The notes beneath the pieces were generated by a model. That model was not told where the DNA came from and searched no databases. It saw only the letters and a list, made by a program, of their open reading frames with translations. Below are positions 30,451 through 38,234 of a stretch of 64,000 bases of DNA, piece by piece; the stretch's first letter is position 1, and each line of letters opens with the position of its first letter. The position numbers were made by a program, and so were the translations under genes. The stretch is from Candidatus Woesebacteria bacterium (GTDB lineage: Bacteria > Patescibacteriota > Microgenomatia > UBA8517). The stretch covers positions 661,310 to 725,309 of the forward strand of contig CP055308.1 of NCBI GenBank assembly GCA_013374855.1, read 5' to 3'.

Positions 30451-31533
30451 ATGGCAGATATTTATCAACAAATTGAGGATATCCAAAAGGAAATAAGAGA
30501 AACCCCATATCACAAAGGCACAGAACACCACATTGGTCTTCTGCGTGCTCGTATCGCACGATTAAGGGATAAACTGCTTGAATCAACAAGCAAAAAATCA
30601 GGTGGTGGGGGAGGATACGCTATTAAAAAGCAAGGTGATGCAACCATTGTTCTTGTTGGCCCACCTTCTGTTGGTAAATCAACCCTTATAAACAGATTGA
30701 CAAACGCCAACTCCAAGATTGCTCCTTACGCTTTTACAACAGTCTCAGTTATTCCAGGGATGATGAACTATAGAAACGCAAAAATTCAAATCCTTGATGT
30801 TCCAGGACTCATCGAGGGAGCAGAAGAAGGGAAAGGAAGAGGAAAAGAAGTAATTTCCGTCATCAGAGGTTCTGACCTTCTGGTTCTTATAACTGAACCA
30901 ACAAAAATAGAAGCTCTTGAAAGAATATCTACTGCGCTTGAAAAAAACGGAATAAGAATAAATAAAGAAAGACCAGATATCAAGATTGAAAAAAAGACTC
31001 AAGGTGGAATAAAGGTCTTTTCAAATATAAACCAAGATTTATCAAAAGAGACAATCAAAGATATCATTCTTGAAATGGGAATAAGAAATGCTGAAATTAA
31101 GATAAACCAAAAAATAAGCATAGAAGAATTAATTGATGCTCTTTCCAAAAATAGAGTCTATATCCCTGCTGTTTTTGTTGTTAATAAGTCAGATCTAATT
31201 GCCAATAAAGAACAAGGAGATGGCAGTATAGAAAAACCCATTCTAATAAGTGCTCAAGAAGGTTATGGAATAGAAATCTTTCTTGAATCAGTTTGGAAAA
31301 AATTAAAACTTATAAACGTTTATTTAGTGGGGCCAGATGAAAGACCATCACTTAGAAACCCAATGATAATAAAGGATGGCTTAACATTGTACGACATTGC
31401 AAAAAAAATTGGAGATGATTTTGCCCAAAAAGTTAAATCCGCAATAATCTGGGGAAATAGTGCAAAATTTGAAGGGCAACAAGTTTCTCTCAAAACAAAA
31501 GCGACAGATGGAATGATGGTAAGATTTGTTTGA
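30451..31533 (+). CDS. DRG/Rbg1-family (OBG superfamily) GTPase with TGS domain
   Basis: HKGTEHHIGLLRAR.A.L, GPPSVGKST, YAFTT, DVPGLIEGA..GKGRG, NKSD, TGS (A.IWG.SAKF.GQ.V). Confidence 0.9.
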   Translation: MADIYQQIEDIQKEIRETPYHKGTEHHIGLLRARIARLRDKLLESTSKKSGGGGGYAIKKQGDATIVLVGPPSVGKSTLINRLTNANSKIAPYAFTTVSVIPGMMNYRNAKIQILDVPGLIEGAEEGKGRGKEVISVIRGSDLLVLITEPTKIEALERISTALEKNGIRINKERPDIKIEKKTQGGIKVFSNINQDLSKETIKDIILEMGIRNAEIKINQKISIEELIDALSKNRVYIPAVFVVNKSDLIANKEQGDGSIEKPILISAQEGYGIEIFLESVWKKLKLINVYLVGPDERPSLRNPMIIKDGLTLYDIAKKIGDDFAQKVKSAIIWGNSAKFEGQQVSLKTKATDGMMVRFV

Positions 31534-31560
31534 AAAATATTCTTCTGTTGTTTAATAATG

Positions 31561-31632
31561 AGCGGTGGAAGGGATTTGAACCCTCGACCTCTTCCTTGGC
31601 AAGGAAGCGTTCTACCACTGAACTACCACCGC
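31561..31632 (-). tRNA. tRNA-Gly(GCC)
   Basis: Reverse complement GCGGTGGTAGTTCAGTGG..CTTCC-TTGCCAA-GGAAG..GGTTCAAATCC. Confidence 0.95.
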
Positions 31633-31652
31633 ATCTCTTTATTAAATTAATG

Positions 31653-31725
31653 TGCCGAGGGCGTGAGTCGAACACGCATCTGACGCTCTTCAGGCGCCCG
31701 CCGTGACCACCTTGGCTACCTCGGC
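31653..31725 (-). tRNA. tRNA-Phe(GAA)
   Basis: Reverse complement GCCGAGGTAGCCAAGGTGG..GGCGC-CTGAAGA-GCGTC..GTTCGACT. Confidence 0.92.
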
Positions 31726-31755
31726 TTTTCTGGTAAAAAGTATTATATCAAAAAG

Positions 31756-31935
31756 TCAACGACCAATAAACTTTCCTATCAAAGTAAAAACCAAAAAGGC
31801 AACTACTATACCAATTAAAATCTTAATCATAAAAACAAACTCCGGATAAGCAGAAAGAGTACTCCAAAATTTTCTAGATATCAAAGCCAGCCAATAATCA
31901 ATGGATGCTTTTTGATATTTTTCCTCAATAGACAT
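31756..31935 (-). CDS. Small membrane protein (59 aa), not in ORF track
   Basis: MSIEEKYQKASIDYWLALISRKFWSTLSAYPEFVFMIKILIGIVVAFLVFTLIGKFIGR*; fills the gap between tRNAs. Confidence 0.55.
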   Translation of the reverse strand: MSIEEKYQKASIDYWLALISRKFWSTLSAYPEFVFMIKILIGIVVAFLVFTLIGKFIGR

Positions 31936-31965
31936 GATAATTTTTGCAAAAAACCAGTAGTAGGG

Positions 31966-32039
31966 TGACCGCTGAGGGACTCGAACCCCCGGCCTTCTGA
32001 ATGTAAGTCAGACGCTCTAGCCAACTGAGCTAAGCGGTC
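31966..32039 (-). tRNA. tRNA-Val(TAC)
   Basis: Reverse complement GACCGCTTAGCTCAGTTGG..TCTGA-CTTACAT-TCAGA..GGTTCGAGTCC. Confidence 0.94.
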
Positions 32040-32044
32040 TTTTG

Positions 32045-32126
32045 TGCGCGGGACAGGATTTGAACCTGCACGCCCGAGGGCACAGCCTCCTCAAGACTGC
32101 GTGTCTACCAATTTCACCACCCGCGC
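32045..32126 (-). tRNA. tRNA-Leu(GAG)
   Basis: Reverse complement GCGCGGGTGGTGAAATTGG..CAGTC-TTGAGGA-GGCTG, long variable arm. Confidence 0.94.
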
Positions 32127-32132
32127 ATCAAG

Positions 32133-32216
32133 TGCAGGTGAGAGGATTTGAACCTCCAAGAGCAAAAGCTCATACGGCTCTGAACCGTACGCGTCTGCCA
32201 GTTCCGCCACACCTGC
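32133..32216 (-). tRNA. tRNA-Leu(CAG)
   Basis: Reverse complement GCAGGTGTGGCGGAACTGG..TACGG-TTCAGAG-CCGTA, long variable arm. Confidence 0.94.
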
Positions 32217-32257
32217 TTATTTCTCTTATTCTACCAGAAATGAAAGACAATTTGAAC

Positions 32258-33280
32258 TCAAACTGGCAGGCGCTCTTTCCCTTGGTAATCACGAACGGTG
32301 TTTAATAAAAGCCTCTTTAGAATTTCAAGAAAAGAAATCCCATAAAGGTCTAAAATTGAAGAGAGAGCAACATCTGCCTCTTTTGGCCCAAACGCCGGAT
32401 TGCAATTTGCATCTATAAAAAAATATCGTCCAGATTGATCCATTCTTATATCAAACTTGCCATAATCGTACATAGAAACAACATCAAAAGCCTTTTTTAC
32501 ATATTCTTTTAAGAGGTTGTCTTCAAACTTTCTATATTTAAACACTTCTCTTTTGCTAATCCACTGATCCTCAAAAGTTGCAAAGATATACTTGCCCTTT
32601 TTTTTGAAAACTTTCTCAGCAAGATATACCTTTTTATTTAAACCCTCAAGAAGAATAGCTGTAATTTCCCTGCCGACTATAAATTCTTCTACCAGCACTG
32701 GTTGCTTATAAGTTCTAATCAAATACTTGATTCGATCATTCAGATGCTTGCTATTCTCAGAAACCGCATTCTTGGTTATTTCAACAGCTCCATGAACTTC
32801 ATTTAGTTTCGAGATAAGAGGAAAACGAAGGGTGGGGTCAAGATAATAACTGGGTGAATCTATCAGCTGATAATGAGGAACAGGAACACCTGCCTGTTGA
32901 AGCAATTTTTTTACTAAAAACTTATTAGTATCAAGAGATTTTCCAAGCACAGAAGCGCCAGTATAGGGGAGGTCGAGAAGCTCAAGCGCAGCAGGAATCG
33001 AGGAGGATAAGCTTTCTGATCCTTTCACAGAATCAACCAAATTTAGTACTACATCAGGTCTTTTCTTTCTTAATTTTTCGAAAACCAAAGAATTACCCGG
33101 ATAAACTAGAACCTTCAAACCCAACTTCTTTAAGTACTCTGCAACAAGCAAGGCATCTTTTTTTGCATCTTTTTCTGTTAGATAATGCTCTCTTGTTGGA
33201 AAATATTCTCTTTTGACATCGCTGTAAAGAATAACAGCACTTTTGGGCAACTCATAGCCATTATTTAACTTATTTGTCAT
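32258..33280 (-). CDS. Ddl-like ATP-grasp ligase (second, divergent copy)
   Basis: PD.V.NL.D, LE.L.LPYTGA, VLVEEFI.GRE, YGKFD.R, IDANCNP. Confidence 0.8.
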   Translation of the reverse strand: MTNKLNNGYELPKSAVILYSDVKREYFPTREHYLTEKDAKKDALLVAEYLKKLGLKVLVYPGNSLVFEKLRKKRPDVVLNLVDSVKGSESLSSSIPAALELLDLPYTGASVLGKSLDTNKFLVKKLLQQAGVPVPHYQLIDSPSYYLDPTLRFPLISKLNEVHGAVEITKNAVSENSKHLNDRIKYLIRTYKQPVLVEEFIVGREITAILLEGLNKKVYLAEKVFKKKGKYIFATFEDQWISKREVFKYRKFEDNLLKEYVKKAFDVVSMYDYGKFDIRMDQSGRYFFIDANCNPAFGPKEADVALSSILDLYGISFLEILKRLLLNTVRDYQGKERLPV

Positions 33281-33361
33281 TGAACATATATTGAATTATT
33301 TTTAAAATTTGTCAAGAAAAATTTGGCAAGAAATAGAATTAATTGATATAATTATTTCAAA

Positions 33362-33434
33362 GTCCCTGTAGCTCAATGGATAGAGCAGTCCCCTTCTAAG
33401 GGAAAGGTTGAGAGTTCGACTCTCTCCAGGGACA
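33362..33434 (+). tRNA. tRNA-Arg(TCT)
   Basis: GTCCCTGTAGCTCAATGGATAGAGC..CTTCTAA loop..GTTCGACT. Confidence 0.93.
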
Positions 33435-33442
33435 CTAGACAG

Positions 33443-33518
33443 GGGCCTGTAGCTCAATTGGCAGAGCAATTCCCTCTTAAGGAAGCGGTTGGAGGTTCGA
33501 GTCCTCCCAGGCTCACCA
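33443..33518 (+). tRNA. tRNA-Lys(CTT) with encoded CCA
   Basis: GGGCCTGTAGCTCAATTGG..CTCTTAA loop..GGTTCGAGTCC..CAGGCTCACCA. Confidence 0.93.
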
Positions 33519-33637
33519 CCTTTTGCAAAACTTATTTAACAACCATCACAAAAAGTCTAGCCTATCAAAACCACACAATAAAAGTTGACATTAGAAATTC
33601 AATATGGCATTCTAATGAAGAAAAAGCAAACTTTTAT

Positions 33638-34270
33638 ATGTTAAGTTTCTCAAAAGATAATTTAGATTTTGGCTTTTGGAGCAAAGCTTTCTTAGTATTT
33701 ATTTTTATTACCCTTACTCCTTTCGTAATAGCAACCTCAATTCTAGCTCTTTATTCGCTCGAAGAAAAAGAATTATCACCTACAATACCCTTTCCTACAG
33801 ATAGACCGGAAAATCTAAAACTTCTAGTTTCTGATTCGTCTTCTTTTCCAGAAACAGAAACAAAACTGGAGTTCCAAGATGCAAGAGTGGAACTGGTTAA
33901 AAGATATTTAAATCACTACAAATCACCGCTTCTTCCTTTTGCTGAAATGATAGTAAAAGAATCAGACAAAAACAATATTGATTGGAGACTTTTGGTTGCC
34001 ATTGCTCAACAGGAATCAAATCTCTGCAAGGTGATACCAGAGAACAGCTTTAACTGCTGGGGGTGGGGAATCCACAGTAAAGGAACTCTTAAATTTCAAT
34101 CGTATGAAGAAGCAATTAGAACAATCGCCCGTGGATTAAAGAAAAATTATGTAGATAAAGGATACAAAACACCAGAGGAAATAATGAGAAAGTATACCCC
34201 TCTTTCCAATGGAAGCTGGGCACAGGGAGTTATCCAATTTATGGAAGAGATAGCCCTGCCTCTCGAATAA
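33638..34270 (+). CDS. Membrane-anchored glucosaminidase/lysozyme-like protein
   Basis: YL..YKSPL, DWRLL.AIA.QES, N.WGWG, F.S.EE.I, KY.P..W; the ORF-track 5' extension is tRNA-Lys. Confidence 0.75.
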   Translation: MLSFSKDNLDFGFWSKAFLVFIFITLTPFVIATSILALYSLEEKELSPTIPFPTDRPENLKLLVSDSSSFPETETKLEFQDARVELVKRYLNHYKSPLLPFAEMIVKESDKNNIDWRLLVAIAQQESNLCKVIPENSFNCWGWGIHSKGTLKFQSYEEAIRTIARGLKKNYVDKGYKTPEEIMRKYTPLSNGSWAQGVIQFMEEIALPLE

Positions 34271-34280
34271 CTTCAAAACT

Positions 34281-35048
34281 ATGCCAGCGCATTATGACAA
34301 TTATGATTATCCGTCCTACTGGAAAGAGAGGAAATACGAACATTTAAGTGAAATCTTGGCTTTGAGAAGCTTTCTAAAAGAAATACCCAAAATTCAATCT
34401 CTTATTGATATTGGAGCAGGATATGGAAGAATAACTGAAGAATACATATACAGAGCAAGAAAAATAATACTTACTGATCCTTCAGCAAGGCTTCTCAAAA
34501 TAGCAAGAGAGAAATTTGGCAAAAAAAAGAATATAAAGTTTATACAAATAGGTGTTGAAAACCTGGAAAAGAAAGTAAGAAAAAATTTCTTTGATTTAGT
34601 ACTTCTAATAAGAGTCTTACACCATATCGAAAATCCAGACAAAGCCTTCAGAATAATCAATCACATAACAAAAAGAGGTGGCTACCTAATAATGGAATAT
34701 GCAAACAAAAGTCATTTCAAAGCTGTAATTAAGGAATTTATTAGGGGGAACTTTACTTTCCCCATTGATATATCTCCAAAAGATATTAGGTGTCCTAAAA
34801 ACATAAAAAAGAAAAGCATCCCCTTTATAAACTATCATCCTGATAAAATAGAAGAAACTCTGAAAAACAACGGCTTTAAAATAATTAAAAAAAGATCTGT
34901 ATCTAACTTTCGAGACCCTCTTCTCAAAAAAATATTTCCACTTGAGTTCTTAATCGACATCGAGGAAAAGATTCAACCCTTTTTGCAAAAAATTAATTTT
35001 GGACCTTCTATTTTTATCCTTGCTAAAAAGATAGAAGATGTTGATTAA
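34281..35048 (+). CDS. Class I SAM-dependent methyltransferase
   Basis: LIDIGAGYGR, FDLVL.IRVLHH, GG.LI.E. Confidence 0.88.
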   Translation: MPAHYDNYDYPSYWKERKYEHLSEILALRSFLKEIPKIQSLIDIGAGYGRITEEYIYRARKIILTDPSARLLKIAREKFGKKKNIKFIQIGVENLEKKVRKNFFDLVLLIRVLHHIENPDKAFRIINHITKRGGYLIMEYANKSHFKAVIKEFIRGNFTFPIDISPKDIRCPKNIKKKSIPFINYHPDKIEETLKNNGFKIIKKRSVSNFRDPLLKKIFPLEFLIDIEEKIQPFLQKINFGPSIFILAKKIEDVD

Positions 35049-35070
35049 TATAGGAATTAAAACCAAAAAC

Positions 35071-35099
35071 TTGACAACCCTGTAGTAATATGCTATAGT
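35071..35099 (+). promoter_or_regulatory. Near-consensus sigma70 promoter
   Basis: TTGACA (35071-35076), 17 nt spacer ending in TGc, TATAGT (35094-35099). Confidence 0.8.
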
Positions 35100-35106
35100 A
35101 TGACCT

Positions 35107-35215
35107 AGGTTCTGAGGCTAACCCAGTTTACTGGGAACTTGGCGTCAGAATTTTCCCCGGAGCTTCCAAATGGGAGCTCCCTAAAAAAGACTCTTGGAAA
35201 CAAGAGTCTTTTTTT
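35107..35215 (+). ncRNA. Candidate structured leader or small RNA (three hairpins)
   Basis: GGTTCTGA/TCAGAATT + GCTAA/TTGGC + CCCAG/CTGGG; GGAGCTTCC/GGGAGCTCC; terminal terminator hairpin. Family not recognised. Confidence 0.6.
35183..35215 (+). terminator. Intrinsic terminator (symmetric, possibly bidirectional)
   Basis: AAAAAAGACTCTTG-GAAA-CAAGAGTCTTTTTTT. Confidence 0.85.
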
Positions 35216-35226
35216 AGTTTAAAAGC

Positions 35227-35709
35227 ATGAGAAAAATACTAACTATTACACTAACATTGCTTATAATAGCCCTGATTAAAGCGGGAGAGGTTGCTTTGGC
35301 AAAAGAAGAGAAAATTATACAAAAGAAATTAATACTTATAAGCTACCTTAGAAACAAAAAATCTCCCCTTGAAGAATATACAGAAAAACTAATCTTATCA
35401 GCAGAAAACAACAATATAGACTGGAGATTGATACCAGCTATTACAGGAGTTGAATCAAGTTTTGGAAAAAGAATCCCTTATAATTCATACAATGCCTACG
35501 GATGGGCAAATGGAGAATATAAATTTGATTCATGGGAAGAATCTATAGAAATCGTATCTCAAACACTAAACAAAAAATATGTCCAAAAAGGGGCGACAAA
35601 TATAGATAAAATAGCAAGAATCTATGCTCCACCATCTACAACTTGGGCAGATAAGGTAAAATTTTTTATAAATCAAATAGATCCTATTGGTCTTCCCTAC
35701 GAACTTTAG
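35227..35709 (+). CDS. Secreted glucosaminidase/lysozyme-like protein (paralog of 33638-34270)
   Basis: Signal peptide; YL...KSPL, DWRLIPAI.GVES.FG, NAYGW, F.SWEE.I, IYAPP...W. Confidence 0.78.
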   Translation: MRKILTITLTLLIIALIKAGEVALAKEEKIIQKKLILISYLRNKKSPLEEYTEKLILSAENNNIDWRLIPAITGVESSFGKRIPYNSYNAYGWANGEYKFDSWEESIEIVSQTLNKKYVQKGATNIDKIARIYAPPSTTWADKVKFFINQIDPIGLPYEL

Positions 35710-35746
35710 TTTAACTTGCCATTATTTTCTGCTAAAATCAAATTAC

Positions 35747-35829
35747 GCCGAAGTGGCGGAACTGGCAGACGCGCACGGTTTAGGACCGTGTTCCCAAAAG
35801 GATTGTGGGTTCGACTCCCACCTTCGGCA
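35747..35829 (+). tRNA. tRNA-Leu(TAG)
   Basis: GCCGAAGTGGCGGAACTGG..CACGG-TTTAGGA-CCGTG, long variable arm, GGTTCGACTCC. Confidence 0.95.
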
Positions 35830-35860
35830 CACATCTCATCTCAACTCTTTCTATTAAAAA

Positions 35861-35995
35861 ATGGAAAACAAGAAAATAGAAATTAAACACAAAATTCAAA
35901 TAACAAAAAGGGAAGAAGTAATTTACGCCTTTATACCCATAGTAGTGTTTTTTGTTTCCTTTTTCTTATCCTTCTTTATAATAAAAAACAAATGA
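35861..35995 (+). CDS. Small single-TM protein (44 aa), not in ORF track
   Basis: MENKKIEIKHKIQITKREEVIYAFIPIVVFFVSFFLSFFIIKNK*; ATGA overlap with the next gene. Confidence 0.5.
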   Translation: MENKKIEIKHKIQITKREEVIYAFIPIVVFFVSFFLSFFIIKNK

Positions 35996-36504
35996 CAAAA
36001 CATATTCTTTTTCCAATAATTCTAACCGCTGTTGTTATCACTATACTTGGACTTGTTTCCCAGAAATATCAAAATTTAAATAAACAAAATCAAAATAAAA
36101 CCAAATTAAATTTAAATAAACCAAAAACGACCAAAATAGTTCTGAAGGATAAAGAAATTGAAGTAGAAATTGCAAAAACCGAAGAGGAAAGAACAAAAGG
36201 CCTCTCTCATAGAGAATCAATAGGGAATTATCAAGGAATGCTTTTTATATTTCCTCAAAAAGATGTTTTACCTACTTTTTGGATGAAAGATATGAAATTT
36301 CCACTCGACATAATTTGGATTAATGATGGAAAGATAGTGAAAATAGATGAAAATGTAGATTACCCAAAGGAAAACTCTCAAAAAAATTTAACACTCTATA
36401 AACCACCAACACCTGTTGACTTCGTCCTTGAAGTAAAAGCGGGTTTTTCAAGAGAGAACAACTGGCAGGCAGGAGATGTTGCGAAAATACCTGAGGGAAT
36501 CTAG
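35992..36504 (+). CDS. DUF192 family protein
   Basis: VEIA.T.EER.KGLS.R, GMLF.F, FWMKDMKFPLDIIWI, VLEV.AG. Confidence 0.88.
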   Translation: MTKHILFPIILTAVVITILGLVSQKYQNLNKQNQNKTKLNLNKPKTTKIVLKDKEIEVEIAKTEEERTKGLSHRESIGNYQGMLFIFPQKDVLPTFWMKDMKFPLDIIWINDGKIVKIDENVDYPKENSQKNLTLYKPPTPVDFVLEVKAGFSRENNWQAGDVAKIPEGI

Positions 36505-36518
36505 ATCCAAAAAGCACT

Positions 36519-37667
36519 ATGCCAAGAGTAATAAAAGGAGAGAAAATACCTATAAAACTTTGGCTTGATAAAATTGATCCATTAACACTTGAGCAAGCTA
36601 AAAATCTAGCAAACCTTCCTTACGCTTATAAGTGGATAGCCTTAATGCCTGATGCCCACCCCGGTTACGGTATGCCAATAGGTGGGATTCTTGCCACAAC
36701 GGATGTAATAGTTCCCAATGCTGTGGGAGTAGACATAGGATGTGGTATGAGAGCAGTAAAAACAGATGTTAAAGAATTAAGTAAAGAATCACTTATTAAA
36801 ATACTAAGAGAAATAAGAAAAACAATCCCCACAGGTTTTGCACACCATAAAACAAAACAAAATTGGATTGGATTTTCAAAAGCTCCAGAAGTTGAGATCA
36901 TACAAAAAGAGCTAGACAAAGCACATTACCAAATAGGAACACTTGGAGGCGGTAATCACTTTATAGAAATATTAAAAGATGAAAACTCGTACATTTGGCT
37001 TATGGTACATTCAGGAAGCAGAAACTTTGGCTTAAAAACTGCTGAATTTTTCTACAATAAAGCTTTAAAATTTTGTCAGGAAAAAGATATAAAACTACCA
37101 ACCATAGAACTTTCCTTTCTGCCCATCGACAGCAAGATTGGAAAAGAGTATTTTGAGTCTATGAATTATTGCCTTGAATTTGCACAAGCCAACAGGAAGT
37201 TAATGATGCAAAGGCTAAAAGAAATTGTAAATGAAGAAACAGGATGTGGTTTTATCGAAGAAATCGATGTGCATCATAACTACGCAAGTCTAGAGAACCA
37301 CTTTGGCAAAGATGTTTTCGTGCATCGTAAAGGAGCAATAAATGCTGAAAAAGGAAAAATAGGAATTATTCCCGGCTCTATGGGTACACCAAGCTACATA
37401 ACAGAAGGGAAGGGTAATCCCGAAAGCTTTAACTCTTCATCTCACGGAGCAGGAAGAAAGCTTGGCCGTCGAGAAGCTACAGAAAAACTTAATCTGAAAA
37501 AAGAGCAAAAGAAAATGAAAGACATCATTGGAAAACCTAGGCAAAAAAAGGAGCTAGAAGAAGCACCAGGTGCTTACAAAGATATAGAAAAGGTAATGGA
37601 AAAACAAAAAGACTTGATTACTCCCAAAGTTAAACTAAAACCCCTTGCTGTTGTAATAGGTATATAA
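36519..37667 (+). CDS. rtcB: RNA ligase RtcB
   Basis: MPDAHPG.G.PIG, VGVDIGCG, GTLGGGNHF, HSGSR, HN, HRKGA, PGSMG, HGAGR, EAP.AYK. Confidence 0.95.
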   Translation: MPRVIKGEKIPIKLWLDKIDPLTLEQAKNLANLPYAYKWIALMPDAHPGYGMPIGGILATTDVIVPNAVGVDIGCGMRAVKTDVKELSKESLIKILREIRKTIPTGFAHHKTKQNWIGFSKAPEVEIIQKELDKAHYQIGTLGGGNHFIEILKDENSYIWLMVHSGSRNFGLKTAEFFYNKALKFCQEKDIKLPTIELSFLPIDSKIGKEYFESMNYCLEFAQANRKLMMQRLKEIVNEETGCGFIEEIDVHHNYASLENHFGKDVFVHRKGAINAEKGKIGIIPGSMGTPSYITEGKGNPESFNSSSHGAGRKLGRREATEKLNLKKEQKKMKDIIGKPRQKKELEEAPGAYKDIEKVMEKQKDLITPKVKLKPLAVVIGI

Positions 37668-38192
37668 CTATAACTTAAAAATTTCTAATACTCTGTAAGA
37701 AGCTCCATTTTTTGATAACTTTGATTCAAAAATGACAATTTCCTTTAACTTTTCCTTAAAGAAAACTGGCTCTTCAAAATGCAAAAGAGATCTACCTTTT
37801 CCAAACCTAGCAAGAGTTATGTGGGGAATAAGATTTCTCCTTTCTTTTTTCAGATTCAATTTCTCAATTAAAGTATTTCTAAAATTTTCCAATTGAACAA
37901 TTATTTTGCCCTCTAACCACAAAATACGAGGATTCTTCTTATCAGGAGCAGACTTTATACTAACAAAATCGACCTCAAAATTATAAAAAATTTGTTCATC
38001 TAAAAAATTAGACAATAATAATACTATTCTTTTTATTTCATCTTCATACCAAGGAGGAATTAATGTCATATGAAGATTATTTGGGCTAACAAATCTAACA
38101 AAATCGGGAAATTTTTTCTGTTTTTGCCAGTTAGTTATATAACTTACCAGATTTTCTGATAATTTAAAACCAATAAAAATCCGTTTCTTCAT
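37668..38192 (-). CDS. thpR: RNA 2',3'-cyclic phosphodiesterase (2H family)
   Basis: RIFIG, two HxT motifs (LHMTL, PHITLAR), FES.L...G..Y. Confidence 0.88.
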   Translation of the reverse strand: MKKRIFIGFKLSENLVSYITNWQKQKKFPDFVRFVSPNNLHMTLIPPWYEDEIKRIVLLLSNFLDEQIFYNFEVDFVSIKSAPDKKNPRILWLEGKIIVQLENFRNTLIEKLNLKKERRNLIPHITLARFGKGRSLLHFEEPVFFKEKLKEIVIFESKLSKNGASYRVLEIFKL

Positions 38193-38234
38193 AATTATTG
38201 CCTTTATTCCAATTATAAAATAAACTAAGATTAA

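Noticed and set aside
25142-32305. Short ORFs 25142-25330, 31490-31675 and 32042-32305
   Set aside because: They are translations of tRNA genes.
33458-33637. 60-aa N-terminal extension of the glucosaminidase-like ORF
   Set aside because: Reads through tRNA-Lys and its downstream spacer; real start is probably ATG 33638.
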